From: Meiothermus sp.
GTDB taxonomy: Bacteria; Deinococcota; Deinococci; Deinococcales; Thermaceae
Assembly: GCA_033762915.1 (NCBI GenBank)
Contig: JANRLD010000045.1
Location: 1-14,115 of the forward strand
DNA: 14,115 nucleotides
Reading direction: 5' to 3'
Under the pieces are notes generated by a model. That model saw only the letters and a program-made list of their open reading frames with translations, was not told where the DNA came from and searched no databases. Shown in pieces: positions 7,073 through 14,115 of this stretch (its first letter is position 1; every line of letters starts with the position of its first letter). The position numbers and the translations under genes are program-made.

Positions 7073-8845
7073 ATGGATTCCCAGACCGCCCAGGCCATCG
7101 AGATCATCCGCTCCCGCATGCCGATCCAGGAGCTGGTGGGCCGCTATGTGGCGCTGAAGCCGGCCGGTAAGGGGCGCTGGAAGGGGCTGTGCCCGTTCCA
7201 CCAGGAGAAGACCCCCAGCTTCCAGGTGGATGAGGTGAAGGGGCTGTGCTACTGCTTCGGCTGCAAGTCGGGCGGGGACATCTTCGCCTTTATGGGCAAG
7301 ATTGAGGGGCTACAGTTCGGCGAGGTGCTCGAGCGGCTGGCCCAGGAGACCAACGTCGAGCTGCCCAAGTACAAGGGCGGCGAGTCGGGCAAGGCCAGAA
7401 AAGAGACGCTGCAGATCCTCGAGCTGGCCCAGGAGTATTTCCGCTCCCACCTCGCAGGCGGGCCGCTGGAGTACCTGCAAAGGCGCGGCCTCACGCCGGA
7501 GTCCATCCAGGCCTTCGGCCTCGGCTACGCGCCGCCAGGCTGGGACGGGCTGATCAAGTTCCTCAGCGCCAAGGGCGTCACGCCGCAGGACGGCGCGGAG
7601 GCGGGCGTGCTGATGGAGAAGGACGGGCGCTACTTCGACCGCTTCCGGGGCCGCGTGACCTTCCCGATCCAAGACCCGCTGGGCCGCACCGTGGCCTTCA
7701 CCGCTCGAGCCCTGTCCCCCGACGACCAGCCCAAATACCTTAACTCCCCCGAGACCTCTTTCTTTAAAAAGAGTCTGCTGCTCTATGGCTACCCCCAGGC
7801 CAGAGCCGCCATCCGCGAGCGCAGCCGGGCGGTGGTTGTTGAAGGGTTGTTTGATGTGATCGCGCTACACCAGCTCGGCTTCTCCGAGGCGGTTGCGGTG
7901 CTGGGTTCCTCGCTTTCCACCGAGCAGGCCCACCTGCTCAAGCGCGCCGAGGCCAGCGAACTCTACCTGAGCTTTGACGCCGACGAGGCTGGGCGCAAGG
8001 CCACCCTGCAAAGCCTGAACCTGGAGATCGCCCGGCAGTTTCTGGTCTACGCAGTGCTGCTAGACGGCGGCAAGGACCCCGGCGACCTGCTGCTTGCCCC
8101 GGACGGCGTCGAGCGCTACCGGCTGGCCCTCGAGGTCGCGCTGCCAGAGGTCGAATACCGCTTCGAGGCCGCCGCCGCCGGGCTCGACCTCAAACGGCCC
8201 GAGCACAAGCAAAAGGTGCTGGAGGCCCTCAAGCCCCGCTTGGTCTCGAGCGAGCCCTTCGACCGGGTGGTGCAGCGGCTCAAGGATAAGGTCATCGCCG
8301 ATCTGGGCCTGAGCTCGCGGGCGCTCGAGGATTACCTGAACCGGGGCCGCCAGGAGCACAACCGTCGGGCCGCACCTAAGCCCGAGGGGCAGATCTTCGG
8401 CCTCTCCCGCCCCGACCTGACCGAGAAGCGCCTGCTGCGCGAGCTGGACGTGATCGCGCTCTTGTACGCCACTGCAGAGGAAGACTTTGTGCAGTGGTGC
8501 CTCTACGTCGAGGATCATACCTGGCCGCCGGAGGGCAGCCTGCTGGCCGAGTTTATGAACGCCGCCCGCAGCGAGCAGGGCAAGAACCGCGTCCTCAAGC
8601 ACTTCGAGCAGCGCGGCGAGGGGGCGCGGCTGATGGACGTGCTGATGAAAAGCCCCGCGTTCGACGTGAAGGACCTCGAGAACCACATCACCGTGGCGAT
8701 GGCCAGGGTGCGCGAGATCTACTACGAGATGCGCCTCGACAAGCTGAAGCTCGAGCTGAAAGCCAACCCCTCGGTCGAACTTCTGCGAGAGATATCCGAG
8801 ACCCAGAAGGCCATCGAAGCGGAGCGCAGGGTGTATAAGCGCTGA
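7073..8845 (+). CDS. dnaG: DNA primase
   Basis: Zinc-binding [11 protein letters not shown]...[40 protein letters not shown] and FDADEAG, KDPGD. Confidence 0.97.
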   Translation: MDSQTAQAIEIIRSRMPIQELVGRYVALKPAGKGRWKGLCPFHQEKTPSFQVDEVKGLCYCFGCKSGGDIFAFMGKIEGLQFGEVLERLAQETNVELPKYKGGESGKARKETLQILELAQEYFRSHLAGGPLEYLQRRGLTPESIQAFGLGYAPPGWDGLIKFLSAKGVTPQDGAEAGVLMEKDGRYFDRFRGRVTFPIQDPLGRTVAFTARALSPDDQPKYLNSPETSFFKKSLLLYGYPQARAAIRERSRAVVVEGLFDVIALHQLGFSEAVAVLGSSLSTEQAHLLKRAEASELYLSFDADEAGRKATLQSLNLEIARQFLVYAVLLDGGKDPGDLLLAPDGVERYRLALEVALPEVEYRFEAAAAGLDLKRPEHKQKVLEALKPRLVSSEPFDRVVQRLKDKVIADLGLSSRALEDYLNRGRQEHNRRAAPKPEGQIFGLSRPDLTEKRLLRELDVIALLYATAEEDFVQWCLYVEDHTWPPEGSLLAEFMNAARSEQGKNRVLKHFEQRGEGARLMDVLMKSPAFDVKDLENHITVAMARVREIYYEMRLDKLKLELKANPSVELLREISETQKAIEAERRVYKR

Positions 8846-9250
8846 GCGGTCTGGCAACAAAGTCTTCGGCCCAACGGTCTCTCACAGCGGTTCGGGGTGT
8901 TTCGGCTGTACGGAGGGGTGCTGGGGCCCTCGAGGAGTACTCGCGGCCAACCCAATACGCTGGTTGCGCCAGGGTGAATCTGCGAAATCAGCGGGGGCAA
9001 CGGTTGCGTTCCTGGTCGGAGTGGCTTGCGCCATAGCCGCAGGGCGGCTACCCGGGGCGGAGTGGCTTGCGCCATAGCCGCGGAGCGGCTACCCGGGGCG
9101 CAATTCTGCGGGTGTTTCGGGGCGGAACTTCGCAGTTTTACAATGCAGACACTCTGCGCCGGGGTCTTTGCGAAACTGCTGAACGCCGAGAAAACGTGCC
9201 CCTGTGTAATCACGGGTGCGATTCCCTCCGGCCGTTTCGGAGCGTCTCGC
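8845..9250 (-). repeat. Intergenic repeat-family copy B (multi-unit, inverted relative to copies A and C)
   Basis: Three CCGAAAC cores on the minus strand (+ strand GTTTCGG at 9234-9240, 9114-9120, 8899-8905), with collinear blocks shared with copies A and C. Confidence 0.75.
9017..9098. repeat. Tandem duplication of a 41-bp unit containing a hairpin
   Basis: 9017-9057 and 9058-9098 are identical except in the 3-nt loop (AGG vs GGA) of TAGCCGC-NNN-GCGGCTA. Confidence 0.95.
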
Positions 9251-9269
9251 GTGTCAATTCTGAAGACAC

Positions 9270-10403
9270 CTAAAAACTCTGCACAGCCCTGATGACCGCC
9301 TCGATTTGGCCCTCCTCGAGGAAGGGGTGCATGGGCAGGCTCAGGACTTCTCGGGCGGCCTGCTCGGCGTGGGGGAGGCTGCCCGCCGGGGCGAGATCGG
9401 TGTAGGCGGGCTGGAGGTGCGCAGGGACGGGGTAGTGGACGCTGCTGCCGATGCCGTGGGCCTTGAGGTGCTCTGCCAAGCGGTCGCGCTCAGGGTGGCG
9501 GACGGTGTACTGGTGATAGATGTGCATGGCGTAGGGGACGGCCTCGGGGGTCGTCACCTTGCCGTGCAGTCCTGCGTGGTAGGTCTGGGCGATCTCGCGG
9601 CGGCGGGTGTTCCAGCTGTCTAGGTGCGGCAGCTTGACCCGCAGGATGGCGGCCTGGAGGGCGTCGAGCCTCGAGGTGTAACCTGCCGGGCGGACGTGAT
9701 GGTAGCGCACCTTGGAGCCGTGGGCGGCGATCAGCCGGGACTCCTCGGCCAGGCCCGCGTCATGGGTGGCGATGAAGCCGCCGTCGCCGTAGGCACCCAG
9801 GTTTTTGGTGGGGTAAAGGCTGAAGGCCCCGGCGTCTCCTATCGTCCCGGCTTGGGGGTGGTCGCAGTCACAGGGCTGGCCGCCCGCGCGGGCGCAGGCC
9901 GGTGGGCAGTACCGCGCACCGATGGCCTGGGCGGCGTCCTCGAGTACCCTCAGGCCATGGACGCGGGCGAACTCGAGGATATCTCTCATCGGTGCGACCT
10001 GGCCGTAGAGGTGGACGGGCAGGACGGCCCTGCTTCGGGGAGTGAGGGCGGCCTCGAGCGACTTGGGGTCGAGGTTGAAGGTCTGGGGGTCGATGTCCAC
10101 CAAGACTGCCCTTGCCCCCACGTGCTGGATGGCTTCAATGGTGGCAATGAAGGTGAAGGGCGAGGTGATCACCTCGTCGCCCGGCCCCACCCCCATGGCC
10201 CGCAGCCCGATGAACAGCGCGTCGGTGCCGGAGCCGCAGGCCACCACATGCGGCACCCTCAGGTAGGCCGCCAGTTCCGACTCGAGGGCCGCCACCTCCG
10301 GCCCCCCTACGAACCCGCCTGAGCCCAGCACCCGCCCTACCGCCGCGTCAATGTCTGCCTTAAGTGCCTCATACTCCCGCTTGAGGTCAAGAATCGGAAC
10401 CAT
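9270..10403 (-). CDS. DegT/DnrJ/EryC1/StrS-family PLP-dependent sugar aminotransferase
   Basis: MVPILDLKREY, GSGTDAL, SPFTFIAT, PVHLYGQ, LEDAAQAIGA and FSLYPTKNLGAYGDGG (PLP lysine). Start placed at 10403 from the family N-terminus and promoter spacing. Confidence 0.93.
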   Translation of the reverse strand: MVPILDLKREYEALKADIDAAVGRVLGSGGFVGGPEVAALESELAAYLRVPHVVACGSGTDALFIGLRAMGVGPGDEVITSPFTFIATIEAIQHVGARAVLVDIDPQTFNLDPKSLEAALTPRSRAVLPVHLYGQVAPMRDILEFARVHGLRVLEDAAQAIGARYCPPACARAGGQPCDCDHPQAGTIGDAGAFSLYPTKNLGAYGDGGFIATHDAGLAEESRLIAAHGSKVRYHHVRPAGYTSRLDALQAAILRVKLPHLDSWNTRRREIAQTYHAGLHGKVTTPEAVPYAMHIYHQYTVRHPERDRLAEHLKAHGIGSSVHYPVPAHLQPAYTDLAPAGSLPHAEQAAREVLSLPMHPFLEEGQIEAVIRAVQSF

Positions 10404-10410
10404 CCCGCCC

Positions 10411-10439
10411 ATCATGGGGGTTCGGGCAGGTTTTGCCAA
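10411..10439 (-). promoter_or_regulatory. Sigma-70-type promoter for a leaderless aminotransferase transcript
   Basis: Minus strand TTGGCA-N17-CATGAT-N7-ATG(10403). Confidence 0.55.
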
Positions 10440-10522
10440 GGGTGCCCGCGTTCCTGCGGCTTGCGCGCGCGCCACGGCCCCCATGCCCGGCCCGCCTGAC
10501 GCTCACCCTGCCACTACACAAC

Positions 10523-12454
10523 TCAATCGGCCAAACAGCCGCCCTGGTTTAAGCGCCAGGTCTGGGCCGACATAACCAGGCTGACCCCGGTGCTGCTGGG
10601 CGCGGTGTAGCGGCGGTAGCTGCTCATCTCGGTGACGTTATCCCCGTTCTCGTCGACCCAGGCCCGCAGGTAGTAGCCGTCGCCGCTGAGGCTGCGGGTG
10701 ACAAAGCGGAAGGAGTATTGGTTGCCCCGGTACTCGAGGGTCTGCCGCTCGATCAGTCGGGTCTCGAGGGGGGTCTCTTGGCACAGTGCCACCTGCACCT
10801 TGCCCACGTTGCTGATCCCGCTGCCCACCTGGAATAGGGCCAGCACCTGGGCCGCTGGGCCGCCGTCGGGGGCCAGGGCCAGGGCGCTGTTGTAGATGCC
10901 CGGTGAGCCGGGCGGGCTGACCGTGAGGATGGCCTCGAGCGTTGCTCCCGGGGCGATGCTGCCCCGGCTGGGCTCGAGGCGGAGGGTCTTGGTGGGGGCG
11001 GCGTTAAAGCTGACCGTCTGGCCCCCATAGTTGCGCAGCAGCACCCGCTGCTGGGTCTGCTGAAGGGCGAAGCGCTGTGAGGTCAGGAAGCCCCCCACCG
11101 CCGCCCCGCTGCGGGCCAGCGCCACCGCCCCCTGGGCGTCTACCTGCCCGGACCCGCAGCCGGTGCAGTCGGGGACGGCCCTGGCGCTGAGGCGCAGGTA
11201 CTCGGCAGCTTCTACCCAGCTCAGGCCCGGACGGGCCGCTGCCATCAGGGCCACGACCCCGCTGACGTGGGGGGCCGCCATCGAGGTGCCCTCGAAGCGG
11301 CGGTAGCCAAAGCGCTGCCCGCCGGTGCCTTTGGCGGTGCTGAGGATGCCAGTGCCGGGGGCCATGACCCTCACTGCGGCCCCGTAATTTGAGAAGCTGG
11401 CCCGTTGTCCCTTGTCGTTGGTGGCCCCGACCGCGATGACCTTCTCGTTCCCGGCGGGCGAGTAGAGCGTCGCGTCGGCGTTGTCGTTGCCCGCCGCCGC
11501 CACCACGATGGCCCCCCTGGCGGTGGCCTCGTTAATGGCCTCGTCGAAGACCCTCGAGAGCCCGAATCCCCCCAGGCTCAGGTTGATGACCTTGGCCGGA
11601 GTGGGGTTGGAGGGGGCGCCGCTAACGCCCAGCCCCACCGCCCAGCGCAGCCCGTCCACGATGTCGGCGTCGGTGCCCCCGTCCTGACCCAGCACCCGCA
11701 CCGGCAGCACGCGGGCATTCCAGTCCACCCCCGCCACCCCCAGTTCGTTGTTGGTGCAGGCCCCCACGATGCCCGCCACGTGGCTGCCGTGGCCCTCCCC
11801 CGTGCTGGCGTAGGGGTCGGGGTCGCGCCCATCGCCGTCGCCGTTGGCCGGGTTGCTCACGAAGTCATAGCCAGTCAGGAAGCGCCCGCAGGACAGATCG
11901 GGGTGGGAGTTGGCGGGGTCGTTGTGCCGCCAGAGGATGCCGTCGTCGAGCACCGCCACCACCACCTGGCTCGAGCCCACGGTCTGCCGCCAGGCCCCCT
12001 CGAGGCCGATCTGGGTGAAGCGGGGTAGGTTCTCCTTGCCGTATAGCGCGTCGTTGGGGGCCAGGGTGCTGCTGCCGACCTCCTGTGCAAAGCGGTAGTA
12101 GTTGGGCTCGGCAAACTCCACGGCGGGGTTCTGGCGCAGCTCGGCGATCCACTCGAGGGTCTTCTCGCCCAAGGTTGCCGCGGCGCTCACGCCTTGGGCC
12201 GAGTCCGGGAGGCTCAACAGCTCCATGCCGCCCAGCCCGTGTGATCTCAAGTTCTGTACCCCCAGCGAGGCCCGGTCGGCCCCCGCCTTCCATTTAACGA
12301 TGGCCTGACCCGCCACAAACCGTGCTTGGGACGGGACACTCAGCGCGGTGATGGGCGAGAAAACCTGCCCCTCGAGGGTTCCCAGCGGCGCGGTACAACC
12401 CCCCACCAGACTCAAACTGGTGGCAATAGCGAGACGAATAAATGAGCCTCTCAT
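10523..12454 (-). CDS. S8 (subtilisin-like) serine peptidase, predicted lipoprotein with a C-terminal beta-rich extension
   Basis: Signal peptide ending in a lipobox-like LVGGC, a prodomain (VEFAEPNY), triad motifs VAVLDDG / HGSHVAG / GTSMAAPHV, and oxyanion AAAGN. Confidence 0.92.
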   Translation of the reverse strand: MRGSFIRLAIATSLSLVGGCTAPLGTLEGQVFSPITALSVPSQARFVAGQAIVKWKAGADRASLGVQNLRSHGLGGMELLSLPDSAQGVSAAATLGEKTLEWIAELRQNPAVEFAEPNYYRFAQEVGSSTLAPNDALYGKENLPRFTQIGLEGAWRQTVGSSQVVVAVLDDGILWRHNDPANSHPDLSCGRFLTGYDFVSNPANGDGDGRDPDPYASTGEGHGSHVAGIVGACTNNELGVAGVDWNARVLPVRVLGQDGGTDADIVDGLRWAVGLGVSGAPSNPTPAKVINLSLGGFGLSRVFDEAINEATARGAIVVAAAGNDNADATLYSPAGNEKVIAVGATNDKGQRASFSNYGAAVRVMAPGTGILSTAKGTGGQRFGYRRFEGTSMAAPHVSGVVALMAAARPGLSWVEAAEYLRLSARAVPDCTGCGSGQVDAQGAVALARSGAAVGGFLTSQRFALQQTQQRVLLRNYGGQTVSFNAAPTKTLRLEPSRGSIAPGATLEAILTVSPPGSPGIYNSALALAPDGGPAAQVLALFQVGSGISNVGKVQVALCQETPLETRLIERQTLEYRGNQYSFRFVTRSLSGDGYYLRAWVDENGDNVTEMSSYRRYTAPSSTGVSLVMSAQTWRLNQGGCLAD

Positions 12455-12655
12455 AAAGATATGAGGGATAGGATACCAGTGGTAAAGGTCCAGACTGCCG
12501 TGACAGTCTATTCTTTTCGCCCGTTACGTCAAGTTAAGGTGAGGTAAAGAAGATGGGAAAAGCGAGGGGAGGAAATGAGGAAAGGGGGTGAAAGCGGGAT
12601 ACGTGTGGTTTATTCCTCCCTTTTTTCTCAACCTCTGGACTGCCTCCTGTCGCCT

Positions 12656-12661
12656 TATAAT
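12656..12661 (+). promoter_or_regulatory. -10 box TATAAT of leaderless truB
   Basis: TATAAT-N6-GTG(12668). Confidence 0.7.
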
Positions 12662-12667
12662 CCTTCC

Positions 12668-13600
12668 GTGTCGCTGTACGTGGTAAACAAACCGCTGGGC
12701 CGCACCTCGCATGACTGCGTGGACGTGGCCCGCAAGCAGCTGGGCACCCGCCGGGTGGGCCACACCGGGACGCTGGACCCGCTGGCCACCGGGGTGCTGA
12801 TCCTGGCGGTAAACGCCTCGACCAAGCTGGTGCCCTTCCTCACTGCCGAGGACAAGGAGTACATCGCCTGGGTCTCCTTCGGGGCCGCCACCCCGACCCT
12901 CGACGCCGAAGGCCCGATCGCCGAGACCGCCGAAAAACTGCCCAGCCGCCGCGAACTCGAGGCCGCCCTGCCCAAATTCATCGAGGTCACCGAGCAGATT
13001 CCTCCCGCCTACTCGGCCATCAAGGTCGGCGGCGTCAAGGCCTACGAGGCGGCCCGCAAGGGCGAGGCGCTCGAACTCGAGGCCCGACCCGCCAAGTACC
13101 ACGAGGTCGCCCTGCTCTCCTTCGACGAGGGTGTGATCGCGCACAAGATCGCTCCCTCGGCGCGGGGTTGGGAGCTATCCGAGCGGGGGCGGCAGATCGA
13201 ACTACCCAAGGCGCTGGGCCAGTTCCCCACGGCGGTACTTCGGCTGGTGGTGGGCTCGGGTACCTACGTGCGCTCTTTTGCCCGAGACCTGGGCGAGGCC
13301 CTGGGCACCAAAGCCTTCCTCTCGGGCCTGGTGCGAACTCGAGTGGGCAAGGTGGGCCTCGAGCAGGCCCAGAGTCTCGACCAGATCGAGCCCGCCAAGA
13401 CCCTCGAGGTGATCTCGTCCCTCTCCTGCCCGATCATCGAGCTCTCCCACGCCGAGGTCAAGCGCGTTACCGAGGGCGTCCCCCTCCCCATTCCCGCCAA
13501 GGGTTACGTGGCCCTGCTCTCCCCCCAGCGCAAGCTGGTGGCGATGGCCGAGGGCGACGGGTTCAAGCTGCGGATCAAGCGGGTGCTGAAGGGGGAATAG
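12668..13600 (+). CDS. truB: tRNA pseudouridine(55) synthase
   Basis: VVNKPLGRTSHD, VGHTGTLDPLATG (catalytic Asp), PPAYSAIKVGG and SGTYVRS. Start moved from 12575 to the in-frame GTG at 12668. Confidence 0.95.
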   Translation: MSLYVVNKPLGRTSHDCVDVARKQLGTRRVGHTGTLDPLATGVLILAVNASTKLVPFLTAEDKEYIAWVSFGAATPTLDAEGPIAETAEKLPSRRELEAALPKFIEVTEQIPPAYSAIKVGGVKAYEAARKGEALELEARPAKYHEVALLSFDEGVIAHKIAPSARGWELSERGRQIELPKALGQFPTAVLRLVVGSGTYVRSFARDLGEALGTKAFLSGLVRTRVGKVGLEQAQSLDQIEPAKTLEVISSLSCPIIELSHAEVKRVTEGVPLPIPAKGYVALLSPQRKLVAMAEGDGFKLRIKRVLKGE

Positions 13601-13741
13601 GGGAGAGCGGGTGAAACACAGGGCGGTGTGGTCGCGGCTGGTGGGAGAACCGAAAGCCACCGGTCGTGGGTGATCGTTCCCCTGGTTCCCTGACCCGCCC
13701 GCTAAAGCAACTGCTTTACAATCCCCCGACCCGACATCCCC

Positions 13742-13747
13742 TAAACT
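13742..13747 (+). promoter_or_regulatory. -10 box TAAACT of leaderless cysK
   Basis: TAAACT-N7-ATG(13755) with no Shine-Dalgarno sequence. Confidence 0.6.
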
Positions 13748-13754
13748 AACCCTC

Positions 13755-14115
13755 ATGTTTGTCGAGAACGCTATCGGGCGCACGCCCCTGATTCAACTGC
13801 ACAAGGTGGTGGGGCCGGGGATGGCCGAGGTGTGGGTTAAGCTCGAGGGCAACAACCCGGGCGGCTCGATCAAGGACCGCACTGCTTGGTTCATGGTCAA
13901 GGACGCCGAGGAGCGGGGGATTTTGAGGCCGGGCAGCGGCCAGGTGATCGTCGAGCCGACCTCGGGGAACACCGGCATCGGGCTGGCGATGATTGCGGCC
14001 TCGAGGGGCTACCGGCTGATTCTGTGCATGCCGGCGCAGATGTCCGAGGAGCGCAAGCGTACCCTCAAGGCTTTCGGGGCCGAGTTGGTGCTGACCGACC
14101 CGGCCCGGCGGATGC
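13755..14115 (+). CDS. cysK: Cysteine synthase (O-acetylserine sulfhydrylase), 3'-truncated and absent from the supplied ORF track
   Basis: Manual translation gives MFVENAIGRTPLIQLHKVVGPGMAEVWVKLEGNNPGGSIKDR...VIVEPTSGNTGIGLAMIAASRGY...MSEERKRTLKAFGAELVLT, with the PLP lysine in SIKDR. Confidence 0.93.
   Translation, partial: MFVENAIGRTPLIQLHKVVGPGMAEVWVKLEGNNPGGSIKDRTAWFMVKDAEERGILRPGSGQVIVEPTSGNTGIGLAMIAASRGYRLILCMPAQMSEERKRTLKAFGAELVLTDPARRM

Noticed and set aside
9017..9100. CRISPR array
   Set aside because: Only two directly adjacent units, with no unique spacers and no cas genes in the window.
10448..10467. Short similarity gcgttcctg..ggcttgcgc to 9006-9031
   Set aside because: Too short and GC-rich, and it needs a gap. 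It cannot be supported without a profile search.
10404..10484. N-terminal extension of the aminotransferase in the ORF track
   Set aside because: The family N-terminus starts at MVPILDL, and the extension overlaps a well-spaced promoter.
12575..12667. N-terminal extension of TruB in the ORF track
   Set aside because: TruB homology starts at GTG 12668, which has TATAAT 6 nt upstream.
13601..13705. Riboswitch or tRNA upstream of cysK
   Set aside because: Hairpins are present (gcggctggtgg/ccaccggtcgt), but no SAM, T-box or tRNA consensus was recognised and cysK appears leaderless.

Overview
GC-rich bacterial chromosomal window. A Deinococcus-Thermus origin (Meiothermus/Calidithermus-like) is inferred from leaderless TANNNT-N6-8-start genes, a TruB with a long insertion and very dense CTCGAG sites. 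Genes in order: 5'-truncated DUF4261-like protein (+), small membrane protein (-), acyl-CoA carboxylase carboxyltransferase (+), DinB-family protein (+), DUF433 antitoxin-like and DUF5615 PIN toxin-like pair (+), fabF (-), dnaG (+), DegT-family aminotransferase (-), S8 lipoprotein protease (-), truB (+) and 3'-truncated cysteine synthase (+). The most notable signal is non-coding. Four long intergenic spacers (~930-1300, ~4310-4550, ~4990-5130, ~8850-9250) share collinear, diverged blocks (about 73-86% identity) around a CCGCYCCGAAAC core, in both orientations, with nested inverted repeats and a recent 41-bp hairpin duplication. One copy lies between the antitoxin and toxin genes. This looks like an unannotated modular intergenic repeat family (MITE/REPIN/BIME-like or structured RNA). 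All alignments and counts were done by eye.
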